From Acidimicrobiia bacterium (GTDB taxonomy: Bacteria; Actinomycetota; Acidimicrobiia; Spongiisociales; UBA11373), in the NCBI GenBank assembly GCA_041551965.1, contig JBFELU010000005.1, positions 188 through 64,187 of the forward strand: a DNA stretch of 64,000 nt. The letters run 5' to 3'. Both the position numbers and the translations under genes were made by a program. Below the pieces are notes generated by a model. That model was not told where the DNA came from. It was given only the letters and a program-made list of their open reading frames with translations, and did no database searches. Shown here one piece after another: positions 11,085 through 20,309 of this stretch; positions within the stretch are counted from its first letter, which is position 1; each line of letters starts with the position of its first letter.

Positions 11085-11279
11085 CTACTTCCCGAGCATC
11101 CGGCGGACTCGCTTGCGGTCTCCGCCCGACACCTCGGCGTCGCCGTCCAGCCGCCGGACCCGGCGGCTCGTCTTTCCTACCTTGAGATGAGCACGCCACG
11201 CCTGACGCCGCCGCACCCGTCCGGTTCCGGTCGTCTTGAACCGCTTCGCGACGGATCGTCTCGTCTTCATCTTCGGCAT
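11085..11279 (-). CDS. rpmI: 50S ribosomal protein L35
   Basis: MPKMKTRRSVAKRFKTTGTGRVRR... canonical L35, 64 aa. Confidence 0.95.
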   Translation of the reverse strand: MPKMKTRRSVAKRFKTTGTGRVRRRQAWRAHLKVGKTSRRVRRLDGDAEVSGGDRKRVRRMLGK

Positions 11280-11295
11280 GTCGTCTCTCTCTCAC

Positions 11296-11859
11296 TCACT
11301 CGTCTTCGTCACCCTCGACCGCAGCGTCGCTCTCGCCGGCTTCGACTTCCGCCGGCTTCCGCTTGCTGCGCGGCACCGGGGCCAAGAGCATCGTCATGTT
11401 GCGGCCCTCGAGCTTGGGGCCTTGCTCCACCGTCCCCATCTCGCCGACGTCTTCGGAGAGCCGGCTCAGGATGCGATGCCCGATCTCCGGGTGGGTCACC
11501 TCCCGGCCCCGAAACATCATCGTGACCTTGACCTTGTCGCCCTCCTCGAGGAACTCCGCGGCCCGCCTCATCTTGACCACGTAGTCGTGCTGGTCGATCT
11601 TGGGACGGAACTTCACCTCTTTGATCACCGTCCGGGTCTGGCGCTTGCGCGCCTCCCTCTCCTTGACCGACTGCTCGTACTTGTACTTGCCGTAGTCCAT
11701 GAGACGGCATACCGGCGGGCGGGCGTCCGGCGCAACCTCGACGAGGTCGAGGCCGAGCTGACTGGCCAGCCACCGTGCTTCATCGATCGTCTTGACCCCG
11801 ATCTGTGAACCATCGGGGGCGACGAGCCGGACCTCGCGGGCGCGGATCCGCTCGTTCAC
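11296..11859 (-). CDS. infC: translation initiation factor IF-3
   Basis: IRAREVRLVAPDGSQIGV N-domain and conserved C-domain. The start is a non-ATG codon (GTG at 11857-11859), consistent with IF-3 autoregulated atypical starts. Confidence 0.9.
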   Translation of the reverse strand: MNERIRAREVRLVAPDGSQIGVKTIDEARWLASQLGLDLVEVAPDARPPVCRLMDYGKYKYEQSVKEREARKRQTRTVIKEVKFRPKIDQHDYVVKMRRAAEFLEEGDKVKVTMMFRGREVTHPEIGHRILSRLSEDVGEMGTVEQGPKLEGRNMTMLLAPVPRSKRKPAEVEAGESDAAVEGDEDE

Positions 11860-11897
11860 ACGGAGTTCCTGTGCGATCTCACCCTCCTGTCGATAGC

Positions 11898-11926
11898 GAA
11901 AAGAAAGACGGCAGGGTGCTGCCGTC
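11898..11926 (-). terminator. intrinsic terminator-like hairpin between rnhB and infC
   Basis: On the minus strand, GACGGCAG-CACC-CUGCCGUC (8-bp GC-rich stem) is followed by UUUCUUUUC. It sits only ~40 nt upstream of the infC start, so it may be an attenuator for infC rather than a simple terminator for rnhB. Confidence 0.55.
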
Positions 11927-12029
11927 TTCTCGAAGAACCGCGACGCACCAGCAGTGGCCGGGTGGGAAGCAGCGCTCCCTCTTTCTCACTCGGTTGTGGG
12001 CCATCAGTATATGGAGGCCCGAGCCGCTG

Positions 12030-12743
12030 TCAACGCAACGTCCCGGCGTCGAACAGGGTTGCCTGGGCGCCGGGCCGAACCACACGGCACAACCCGTTCC
12101 AGGGAAGCCCGTCCATGAACGCCCACGAGCGGCGATGCAGGACACTGGGCCCCAGCCAGGCGAGGGCCGCTCGGTGGTCCGGGCTCGGATAGCCCTTGTT
12201 GGAGTCGAAGCCGTAGGCCGGATAGTGCTCGGATTCGGCGCGCATCAGACGATCCCGGGTGACCTTCGCCACCACCGAGGCCGCCGCGATCGACAGGCAG
12301 CTCGCATCGCCACCCACGATCCTCTCGGCGCCACCCACGAAGTCCCAGTTTCCATCGACCAGGACCCGGTCGATCTCCAGCCCGAGCCCATCGATGGCCC
12401 GGCGCGCCGCCAGGCGTTGTGCTTCGGACATCCCCATCTCGTCACACTCGTGTTGCGAGGCCATGCCCACCGATGCCGCCCGGCACCACGCCGAGATCCT
12501 CCCGAAGAGCGCCTCGCGCTCGTCCTCGGTGAGCATCTTCGAATCGCGGACTTTGTAGACGCGGCGGTCGGCGGGCAGCACGACCGCTCCCACCGCGATC
12601 GGACCGGCCCAGGCGCCCCGGCCCACCTCGTCGATCCCGACCACGACGTCGTATCCGGCCGCCCACAGCGCCCGTTCCCGGCTGAGGTCCGGAGCGCGAT
12701 CCTTGAGGGCCCGACGAAGCGGCGGCACGGTGGTCGCGGACAC
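12030..12743 (-). CDS. rnhB: ribonuclease HII
   Basis: DVVVGIDEVGRGAWAGPIAVGAVVL catalytic motif; ~237 aa. Confidence 0.9.
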   Translation of the reverse strand: MSATTVPPLRRALKDRAPDLSRERALWAAGYDVVVGIDEVGRGAWAGPIAVGAVVLPADRRVYKVRDSKMLTEDEREALFGRISAWCRAASVGMASQHECDEMGMSEAQRLAARRAIDGLGLEIDRVLVDGNWDFVGGAERIVGGDASCLSIAAASVVAKVTRDRLMRAESEHYPAYGFDSNKGYPSPDHRAALAWLGPSVLHRRSWAFMDGLPWNGLCRVVRPGAQATLFDAGTLR

Positions 12744-12786
12744 CCAACGACCCTACTACCGGGCTTCTTCCCGACCCCCGATTCGG

Positions 12787-13224
12787 CTAGAGCGTGCGCA
12801 GCAGGAGTGCGGTGCGGACGGCAGCCTCGGCCGCCTCGGCTCCTTTGTTGCCGGGACCCGGCAATGACCGTTCCCGGGCGTGGGCGAACTCCCGCGTGGT
12901 GAGCACCCCGAATCCGATCGGCACACCGGTCGCCGCCGCCACCTGCCGGAGACCCGCCGCCGCCTGGGTGGCGACGTGCTCGTAGTGATCCGTCTCTCCC
13001 TCGATCACCGCCCCGAGAGCGACCACACAATCACACCCTTTTTCGATCAGCGCCTTGGCCACGACCGGGAGCTCGAAGGCACCCGGCACCCGCACCACGG
13101 TCGGGTCCTCTACCCCGGCTTGCCGCAGCGCTTCCAGGGCGCCGTCGAGGAGCCCGGAGGTCACCACCTCGTTGAAGACGGAGACCGCCACCCCCACCTT
13201 GAGATCCGATGCCGAGGGCGTCAT
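12787..13224 (-). CDS. ribH: 6,7-dimethyl-8-ribityllumazine synthase
   Basis: [10 protein letters not shown]...[14 protein letters not shown] lumazine synthase signatures. Confidence 0.9.
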   Translation of the reverse strand: MTPSASDLKVGVAVSVFNEVVTSGLLDGALEALRQAGVEDPTVVRVPGAFELPVVAKALIEKGCDCVVALGAVIEGETDHYEHVATQAAAGLRQVAAATGVPIGFGVLTTREFAHARERSLPGPGNKGAEAAEAAVRTALLLRTL

Positions 13225-14435
13225 TCCTCTCTCTCCAGATCGAGCAGGTGGCCCATCTTGGCCACCTTGGTCGCCAAGTAGCTCCGATTCTCCGGCGTCT
13301 GCTTCGCCTGCAGCGGGACCCGCTCGACGATCGACAGCCCGTAGCCCTCGAGACCGGCTCGCTTAGCCGGGTTGTTGGTCATAAGCCGCATGCTGGTGAT
13401 CCCCAGCTCGGCCAGAATCTGGGCACCGACTCCGTAGTCACGGGCGTCGGCGGGGAACCCGAGGTCGACATTGGCTTCGACCGTGTCCCGACCCTGTTCC
13501 TGGAGGGCGTAAGCAGCAAGCTTGTGCATGATGCCGATCCCCCTCCCTTCGTGGCCGCGGAAGTAGAGGACGACGCCCCGACCCTCCTCGGCGATCTTCC
13601 CGAGCGCATCCCTCAGTTGGAAGCCGCAGTCGCATCGGCGGCTGCCGAAGACGTCACCTGTCAGGCATTCGGAGTGGACCCGAACGAGGACCGGCTCCCG
13701 GCCGGAGACCTCGCCCCTGACCAGCGCAACGTGGTGGGTGCCGTCGAGCAGCGACTCGAACCCGATCGCCCGGAACTCTCCGAAGTCGGTGGGGATCGTC
13801 GCTTCGGCCACCCGGCGCACCAGCTTCTCGCTCCGCCGCCGGTAGGCGATCAGGTCCGCGATGCTCACCAGAAGCACACCGTGTTCCTTGGCGAAGCGCT
13901 CCAGCTCGGGGAGCCGGGCCATCGTGCCGTCCTCGTTCACGATCTCACACAAGACCCCGGCCGGGTAGAGCCCCGCCATGCGGGCGAGGTCGACGGAGGC
14001 TTCGGTGTGTCCGGCCCGCTTCAGGACGCCTCCGGGCTGATATCGGAGGGGAAAGATGTGACCCGGCCGAGCAAGATCCTCGGGCCGGACCCCCGGGTCG
14101 ATGAGCGCAGCGATGGTGGCCGACCGATCTGCCGCCGAGATCCCGGTGGTCGTGCCGTGGACGTAGTCGACGGAGACCGTGAAGGCGGTGCGATGGGAGT
14201 CGGTGTTCTCCATGACCATCAGGGGGAGACGCAACTCGTCGAGCCGCTCCCCCAGCATGGGAACACAGATGAGGCCGCTGGTGTGATTGACCATGAACGC
14301 AATCGACTGGGGGGTCACCCGTTCCGCGGCGATGATCAGGTCGCCCTCGTTCTCTCGATCGGCATCGTCGACCACGATCACGAAATCGCCCCGACGAACG
14401 GCCTCGATCGCTTCGGGGATGGCCGCAAAGCTCAT
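13221..14435 (-). CDS. ribBA: bifunctional 3,4-dihydroxy-2-butanone-4-phosphate synthase / GTP cyclohydrolase II
   Basis: DHBP synthase N-domain (DRENEGDL) and GCH-II C-domain (CxCGxQ-like CDCGFQ). Start MSFAAIPEA at 14433-14435 overlaps the ribE stop. Confidence 0.9.
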   Translation of the reverse strand: MSFAAIPEAIEAVRRGDFVIVVDDADRENEGDLIIAAERVTPQSIAFMVNHTSGLICVPMLGERLDELRLPLMVMENTDSHRTAFTVSVDYVHGTTTGISAADRSATIAALIDPGVRPEDLARPGHIFPLRYQPGGVLKRAGHTEASVDLARMAGLYPAGVLCEIVNEDGTMARLPELERFAKEHGVLLVSIADLIAYRRRSEKLVRRVAEATIPTDFGEFRAIGFESLLDGTHHVALVRGEVSGREPVLVRVHSECLTGDVFGSRRCDCGFQLRDALGKIAEEGRGVVLYFRGHEGRGIGIMHKLAAYALQEQGRDTVEANVDLGFPADARDYGVGAQILAELGITSMRLMTNNPAKRAGLEGYGLSIVERVPLQAKQTPENRSYLATKVAKMGHLLDLEREE

Positions 14436-15025
14436 GACCGCTCCTCCAGGAGCCGTTCCACGTACTTGGCCAGCACATCGACCTCCAGGTTCACCCGGTC
14501 GCCGACCCGGCGGGTACCGAACACCGTCACATCGAGGGTGTGGGGTATGAGGACGACCTCGAACCCGGTGGGGTCGACCCCCGAGACCGTCAGGCTCACT
14601 CCATCGACCGAGACCGAGCCCTTCTCCACGAGATAACGGCGCAATTCCGGCGGCGCCTCGAACCACAGCCGCCGCGACGCCCCCTCGGTCTCGATCGACC
14701 GCAGGGTCCCCATGCCGTCGACGTGCCCCTGGACGATGTGCCCGTCCAGCCGACCGCCTGCGGCCAGCGGTCGTTCCAGGTTGACGTGATCACCCGGCTT
14801 CAACTCCCCGAGATTGGAGCGCTCCAGGGTCTCGATGACCGCTTCGACTTCGAAGCCGCCGGACGCCACACCGACCGCGGTGAGACACACGCCGTTCACC
14901 GCGACCGAGTCGCCGATGTTCATGTCACCCACGATCTCCGGGGCTTCGACGACGAGCCGCCTTCTCCCACCGGCGTGTTCCACCGAGCCGATCGTTCCCA
15001 TTCTCTCGACGATGCCGGTGAACAT
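14432..15025 (-). CDS. ribE: riboflavin synthase alpha subunit
   Basis: MFTGIVE...GVCLTAV duplicated lumazine-binding repeats. Confidence 0.9.
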   Translation of the reverse strand: MFTGIVERMGTIGSVEHAGGRRRLVVEAPEIVGDMNIGDSVAVNGVCLTAVGVASGGFEVEAVIETLERSNLGELKPGDHVNLERPLAAGGRLDGHIVQGHVDGMGTLRSIETEGASRRLWFEAPPELRRYLVEKGSVSVDGVSLTVSGVDPTGFEVVLIPHTLDVTVFGTRRVGDRVNLEVDVLAKYVERLLEERS

Positions 15026-16113
15026 CAGGGACCTCTCGGTGTGAAGTCGACCCGCAGATCGGGCCCGATGGGAACCGCCGACTCGATGACGATCGGTGAG
15101 GCGTCGGCGAGCGTGGCGAAGGTTCCCGCCAATGGGCCCGACCCGGCACCGCCGGCGATCCGGGCCCCCAGGTAGAACACGCCGTGGCTCACCAGGCCCG
15201 CTCGCCAGAATGCCGAGGCGATCCTCGGGCCGCCCTCGACCAGAACGTCGACGATGCCCGCCGAGCCGAGATGCTCGAGGGCACCGAACAGATCCACGCC
15301 GTCGGAGCCGGGCAGCACCACCACCTCGGTGGGCAGATCGACCGGCGCCGGCGCAAAGACCGTCGGCTTCCGCGCCAGGATCGAGGCATCGGCCGGTAGC
15401 GGCCGGTTGCCGGCGATGACGACGGGGTGGGGCTGACGATCCGGCTCACCGACGCGCACGGTGAGACGGGGGTCGTCGACGACCACCGTGCCGGAGCCGA
15501 CCAGCACCGCGTCGGCCCGGCTTCGCAGCAGATGAGCGTCGGCCCGGGCCTCGGGTGAGGTGATCCACTGTGAGGAGCCGTCACGGGCGGCCACTTCGCC
15601 GTCGAGAGTGATGGCGGCCTTCAGGGTGACCCGAGGCCGGCCGGTGCGGCGGTGGTGGAAGTACCCGGGATCCATGCCCTCGACCGCCTCCGCCTCGATC
15701 CCTTCGTCGACCGTCACACCGGCCCGCCGGAGCACTTTGATGCCGCGACCCGCCACCCGAGGATCGGGGTCGACCGCTCCGACGACCACCCGAGCCACAC
15801 CGGAGCGGAGAATCAGATCGGTGCAGGGCGGGGTCCGTCCCTCGTGTGCGCACGGCTCGAGGGTCACCACCACGGTCCCGTTCCGAGCTCGTTCGCCCGC
15901 CTCGAGGAGGGCGATCACTTCCGCATGAGGATGCCCCGGACCACCGCGATGAGAGCCGCGGCCCACCACCGAGCCGGTGGGGTCCACCACGATCGCCCCG
16001 ACGCGAGGGTTGGGGTGGGGCATGGCATCGGCCGCCGCCACGATCGCCTCGGTCATCAGCCGCCGCACGTCCACGTCGTCCTCCCGGACCTTGGGCGCGC
16101 GGCGCGACGGCAC
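15025..16113 (-). CDS. ribD: bifunctional riboflavin biosynthesis deaminase/reductase RibD
   Basis: HAEVIAL...PCAHEGRTPPC deaminase zinc motif and a reductase domain. Start reassigned to the in-frame GTG at 16111-16113, whose SD (GAAGGAGGG) lies in the 3' strand of the upstream FMN riboswitch. The track's ATG at 16146 would lie inside the riboswitch. An alternative GTG at ~16074 is possible. Confidence 0.8.
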   Translation of the reverse strand: MPSRRAPKVREDDVDVRRLMTEAIVAAADAMPHPNPRVGAIVVDPTGSVVGRGSHRGGPGHPHAEVIALLEAGERARNGTVVVTLEPCAHEGRTPPCTDLILRSGVARVVVGAVDPDPRVAGRGIKVLRRAGVTVDEGIEAEAVEGMDPGYFHHRRTGRPRVTLKAAITLDGEVAARDGSSQWITSPEARADAHLLRSRADAVLVGSGTVVVDDPRLTVRVGEPDRQPHPVVIAGNRPLPADASILARKPTVFAPAPVDLPTEVVVLPGSDGVDLFGALEHLGSAGIVDVLVEGGPRIASAFWRAGLVSHGVFYLGARIAGGAGSGPLAGTFATLADASPIVIESAVPIGPDLRVDFTPRGP

Positions 16114-16117
16114 CGCG

Positions 16118-16240
16118 AGCCCTCCTTCTCCCATCCGGACTGTCACCGTCGGTCCCGGAATCGCACCGGGTCGGCCCCGTCAGGGGTTCGCGGACTCTCA
16201 CCGCCGGTCGGGAATTGCACCCTGCCCCGAAGAACGGGCT
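16118..16240 (-). ncRNA. FMN riboswitch (RFN element) in the rib operon leader
   Basis: Minus-strand sequence ...CGUUCUUCGGGGCAGGGUGCAAUUCCCGACCGGCGGUGAGAGUCCGCG...CCGACGGUGACAGUCCGGAUGGGAGAAGGAGGG matches the conserved RFN core (CUUCGGGGCAGGGUGAAAUUCCCGACCGGCGGU...GUCCGGAUGGGAGAAGGA). Confidence 0.9.
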
Positions 16241-16281
16241 CAGGGGCCAATAGTACCGGTGCCGGCGAGCCCGAGAGCCGA

Positions 16282-17211
16282 TCAGCGGCCGCGGCGGTCG
16301 ATCTTGTACGCAGAACCGGCGTCGGCCTTGGCGTGCTCCTTCATCTCGGAGGCAACGGCCGAAGCCTCCCAGGCGCTGGTGAAGCTCCGCCTGAGGTTGG
16401 TCGCCACACCCAGGGAAAGCGAGACGATGGGGAAAGCGTGGCGCTCCCCCCGCCGGTCGATCACCTCGACATAGCCGCGCAGTGCATCGTGCGGGTCGTA
16501 GTAATCCAGGATGCCGTCGTCGAAGAGCGAGATGACCGTCTTGCAGAACTGGTCGGCCACATCGGGGTCCATCACGGCCACGAAGTCGTCGCCACCGACG
16601 TGGCCCACGAAGCAGGTCGGATCCCCGGTGGCCACGGCCGCCTCGATCAGGGTGTTGGCGGTGAAACTGATCACGTTGTCACCGCGCATGAACCCATAGT
16701 GATCGTTGAAAGCCTTGAAGTTGTCGAGGTCGGCGTGGATGACCCCGAACGGGTCGGCGGCCAAGACACGCCGCTCCAGCTCTTCGGCGATCCGGAAGTT
16801 GCCGGGCAGCCCGGTGAGCGGAGAGAGATCACGCATCTCCTTGGATCGTCGCAGCACGGCCCCGATCCGAGCGACCAACTCCTCGATGGCAAACGGCTTG
16901 GTGATGTAGTCGTCTGCGCCGGCCATGAGGCCTTTCACCCGATCTTCGGTCACGGTCAACGCGGTGAGCAGGACGACGCCGGTGTTGGCCGTGGCGGGTG
17001 AGAGTTGCAGCCGCTCCATCACCGCGAGACCGTCGACCTCGGGCATCATGATGTCGAGCAGGACGAGATCAGGCGGGTCGGCGAGAGCCTTGTCGATGCC
17101 CTCCTGTCCCCCGGTGGCGACGTCGACCCGATACCCCTCGAGTTCCAGATTGACGCGGACGAACTGGACGATGTCCGGATCGTCATCGATCACGAGGATT
17201 CGTTCGCTCAT
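16282..17211 (-). CDS. response regulator with receiver domain and degenerate GGDEF domain (GGDDF)
   Basis: N-terminal REC domain (VIDDDPDIVQFV...DLVLLDIMMP) and C-terminal GGDEF fold (DNFKAFNDHYGFMRGDNVI...HVGGDDFVAVM), with no RxxD I-site. Start codon overlaps the rpe stop. Confidence 0.8.
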   Translation of the reverse strand: MSERILVIDDDPDIVQFVRVNLELEGYRVDVATGGQEGIDKALADPPDLVLLDIMMPEVDGLAVMERLQLSPATANTGVVLLTALTVTEDRVKGLMAGADDYITKPFAIEELVARIGAVLRRSKEMRDLSPLTGLPGNFRIAEELERRVLAADPFGVIHADLDNFKAFNDHYGFMRGDNVISFTANTLIEAAVATGDPTCFVGHVGGDDFVAVMDPDVADQFCKTVISLFDDGILDYYDPHDALRGYVEVIDRRGERHAFPIVSLSLGVATNLRRSFTSAWEASAVASEMKEHAKADAGSAYKIDRRGR

Positions 17212-17876
17212 CAGCTCCCGATCGCTGCTCTCAGTTCGGCGACGGCCGCCACCGGGTCGGGCGACCGGAAGATCGCCGTACCGGCAACGAAGACGTCTGC
17301 CCCGGCACGTCGAGCCGAGCCGGCCGTCTCCGGCGTGATTCCGCCGTCGATCTGGATATCGGCAGATAGTCCGTGGGAATCAACCCACTTTCTGGCCGCT
17401 TCAACCTTCGGCAGGACCTCGGGAATGAACGCCTGCCCGCCGAAGCCGGGATGCACCGACATCACCAGCAGCAGGTCACAGAGCTCCACGAAGGGAGCAA
17501 CGGCGTCGAACGGCGTGACGGGATCGACCACCAGCCCGAAGTCGAGGCCGGCGTTGCGTGCCGCAGTGGCGGCCGCGGTCGGGTCGGGTTGCACCTCGAT
17601 GTGCACCGTGACCAGATCGGCCCCGGCCGCCGCGAGCGGCTCGAAGAGCGAGACCGGGTTGGTGACCATCAGGTGGCAATCGAAGTAGAGCCCGGTGGTG
17701 GGGCGCAACGATTCGATCACCGGCATTCCGAACGAGAGATTCGGCACGAAATGCCCGTCCATCACGTCGACGTGCAGCAGATCCACGTGATTCTCCACCC
17801 GCGCCACCTCTTCGGCCAAGCGGGAGAAATCGGCGGCGAGCAGCGACGGGGCGACTCGGGGCGGCTTGGCGCTCAC
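17211..17876 (-). CDS. rpe: ribulose-phosphate 3-epimerase
   Basis: PSLLAADFSRL...HVDVMDGHFVPNLSFG signatures. Confidence 0.9.
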   Translation of the reverse strand: MSAKPPRVAPSLLAADFSRLAEEVARVENHVDLLHVDVMDGHFVPNLSFGMPVIESLRPTTGLYFDCHLMVTNPVSLFEPLAAAGADLVTVHIEVQPDPTAAATAARNAGLDFGLVVDPVTPFDAVAPFVELCDLLLVMSVHPGFGGQAFIPEVLPKVEAARKWVDSHGLSADIQIDGGITPETAGSARRAGADVFVAGTAIFRSPDPVAAVAELRAAIGS

Positions 17877-18039
17877 GATCGGCGAGTGTATCGCGGCCGG
17901 TGCCCCGGGACCTCACACTCCCCGGGGCAGGATCCCTCGAGGTACTCACTCCATCCCGGCGGACGACCTGAGCATGCGAAGAGGCCCCTTCCGGTCATCA
18001 CGGTCGAGACAGGCCGCGCGTCTCCGTAGGCTGGCCCTC

Positions 18040-18843
18040 ATGGAGTACTACCGGATCCCCGCCGACACGCCCGTTCACCTCGCCGATCGAGATCCCCGGG
18101 ACTCCCGCGCCTTCGGAGGCGACAAGGACGAGGGCAAGACCCACCTCAACGACCTGACCGACCGCCTCGAGGAACTCCAAGAGCTCCTCTACGCCGAGGG
18201 GAAGCACAAGGTGCTCATCGTGCTCCAGGCGATGGACACCGGGGGCAAGGACGGCACCATCCGCCATGTGTTCGAGGGCGTCAACCCGGCCGGGGTCAGG
18301 GTGGCCTCCTTCAAGAAACCGACGCCCCAGGAGCTCGCCCACGACTACCTGTGGAGGGTGCATGCCCAGACGCCGGGGAACGGTCAGATCACCATCTTCA
18401 ACCGGAGCCACTACGAGGACGTCCTCGTCGTGAGGGTCCACGGCTTGGTGGAGGAAGCGGTGTGGTCCCGCCGTTACGACCACATCAACGACTTCGAACG
18501 GCTCCTCGCCGACGAGGGGACCACCATTCGCAAGTTCTTCCTCCACATCTCCCGGGAGGAGCAGGCGGAGCGCCTCCGGGCCCGGCTCGACGACCCGTCC
18601 AAGCACTGGAAGTTCAGCCTCGGTGACCTGGCCGAACGGGAGCGCTGGGACGACTACACCGCCGCCTACGAGGAGGTGCTGTCGCGCACCAGCACCCCAT
18701 GGGCTCCCTGGTTCGTGGTCCCCGCCGATCGCAAGTGGTACCGCAACCTCATCGTGGCTTCGGTGCTCGTCGAGACGCTCGAGAGCCTCCAGATGGACTA
18801 TCCGCCGGCCGAGGACGACCTCGGCGGCGTCGTCATTCGCTGA
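18040..18843 (+). CDS. ppk2: polyphosphate kinase 2 family (polyphosphate:nucleotide phosphotransferase)
   Basis: Walker A-like QAMDTGGKDG and PPK2 lid motifs. Start chosen at MEYYRIPADTP (ATG 18040); the track ORF begins earlier at 17866. Confidence 0.8.
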   Translation: MEYYRIPADTPVHLADRDPRDSRAFGGDKDEGKTHLNDLTDRLEELQELLYAEGKHKVLIVLQAMDTGGKDGTIRHVFEGVNPAGVRVASFKKPTPQELAHDYLWRVHAQTPGNGQITIFNRSHYEDVLVVRVHGLVEEAVWSRRYDHINDFERLLADEGTTIRKFFLHISREEQAERLRARLDDPSKHWKFSLGDLAERERWDDYTAAYEEVLSRTSTPWAPWFVVPADRKWYRNLIVASVLVETLESLQMDYPPAEDDLGGVVIR

Positions 18844-19753
18844 AGCGGGCCGGTTCGTCCCGGCGGCCGAGCATCCAGTCGCGTGCCGACATCCGACCGC
18901 GGCCTTCTGGTTGCACCTCGATCAGTTCGACCACGCCGTCCCCCGCCCCGAGCAGGACGGCATCGCTCCTCACCACGGCCACCCCCGGCTCGACGTCGCC
19001 GATCGACACCTCCCGGGCGCGCCACAGCTTGAGGCGAGCTCCCCCGACCGTCGCCCAGGCACCGGGCCTCGGGTTGAACGCCCGCACCGCCAGCAGCACC
19101 GACCTCGCCCCGTGCCGCACGGGGTCGACGAAGGCTTCCTCAACTCTGACCTTGGCGGCAGCGGTGGCCCCCGAGTCATCCTGCGGGAGCGGTTCGAGGT
19201 CGCCCGCCAGGTAGCGGGGCAAGGTCTCGATCAGGAGCTGCGAGCCGAGCCCGGCGAGCCGGGCGGTCAGCTCGCCGGCCGTCTCGATCTCCCCGATCCG
19301 AGCCGCGCGATGCGCCAGGATCGGACCGGTGTCGAGGCCTTCGTCGACCTGCATGATCGTGACTCCGGTCTCTGCGTCCCCGGCCAGGATCGCCCGGACG
19401 ACCGGGCTGGCACCCCGCCACCGAGGCAGGGTCGAGAAGTGGACGTTGACGAAGCCGTGTCGGGGAACCTGCAGCAGCTCACCCGGCAGGAGTTGCCCGA
19501 ACGCCGCCACGACCGCGACGTCCGGGCTCGAAGACGCGGCCGCATCGACCGTCTCCAGCGCCCGCTCGGGCTGGAGAACCGGGAGCCCCCAGGCGCCGGC
19601 AGCGATCTTGACCGGGGGGGGCTGCAGCCGACCCGATCGGCCCCGGGCTCGATCGGGCTGGGTGACGACGAGCGGGACTTCGGCGATCGTGCGCAGGGCG
19701 GCGAGCACGGGAATCGATTCCGCAGCGGTGCCGTAGAAGACTGCGACCGTCAC
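18833..19753 (-). CDS. fmt: methionyl-tRNA formyltransferase
   Basis: Formyltransferase N-domain with SLLP-like motif; ~306 aa; convergent 11-nt overlap with ppk2. Confidence 0.9.
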   Translation of the reverse strand: MTVAVFYGTAAESIPVLAALRTIAEVPLVVTQPDRARGRSGRLQPPPVKIAAGAWGLPVLQPERALETVDAAASSSPDVAVVAAFGQLLPGELLQVPRHGFVNVHFSTLPRWRGASPVVRAILAGDAETGVTIMQVDEGLDTGPILAHRAARIGEIETAGELTARLAGLGSQLLIETLPRYLAGDLEPLPQDDSGATAAAKVRVEEAFVDPVRHGARSVLLAVRAFNPRPGAWATVGGARLKLWRAREVSIGDVEPGVAVVRSDAVLLGAGDGVVELIEVQPEGRGRMSARDWMLGRRDEPARFSE

Positions 19754-20253
19754 TGGGGACCCGCCAGGCCGAGCGCCTCCTCCCTGAGCTCCTTGAGCGC
19801 GAGCTTGCGGGCCCGTCGCGGGAGCCGCTCCAGCAGGAGGGTGCCCTCGATGTGATCGAGTTCGTGCTGCAACACCCGGCCCATCAGCTCATCGCCTTCG
19901 TAGGTGACGTCGCGGCCGTCCAGACTCAGCCCCCTCGCCCGGGCGAAGGCGGGACGTTCGATGGGCCAGTACCGTTCCGGAACCGACAGGCATCCCTCCT
20001 CGTAGGTCCAGGATCCCGACGTCTCCTCCATCACCGGGTTGATCAGATGGTGGGGGCCTTCACCGATGTCGAAGACCACCACCCGGAGGGGAATCCCGAT
20101 CTGAGGAGCCGCGAGCCCGACCCCCGGTGCGGCATACATCGTTTCGAGCATATCGTCGACGAGGCGGCGGGTATCGGCATCGATCCCAGAGACCTCGGCG
20201 GCCGGAGTACGCAAAACCGGATCACCAAACGTGCGAATGGGGAAGACGGCGAT
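19750..20253 (-). CDS. def: peptide deformylase
   Basis: GVGLAAPQIG, EGCLS and HELDH metal-binding motifs. The Def-like N-terminus (IAVFPIRTFGDPVL) begins at an ATC codon 6 nt after a perfect AAGGAGG; the track's GTG at 20364 would overlap priA by 55 nt. Confidence 0.7.
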   Translation of the reverse strand: MAVFPIRTFGDPVLRTPAAEVSGIDADTRRLVDDMLETMYAAPGVGLAAPQIGIPLRVVVFDIGEGPHHLINPVMEETSGSWTYEEGCLSVPERYWPIERPAFARARGLSLDGRDVTYEGDELMGRVLQHELDHIEGTLLLERLPRRARKLALKELREEALGLAGPQ

Positions 20254-20309
20254 CGGGGCCCTCCTTGCCGCGGATCCTTGCCGGTGGGAGATTACTCGGG
20301 GACGCCGGA

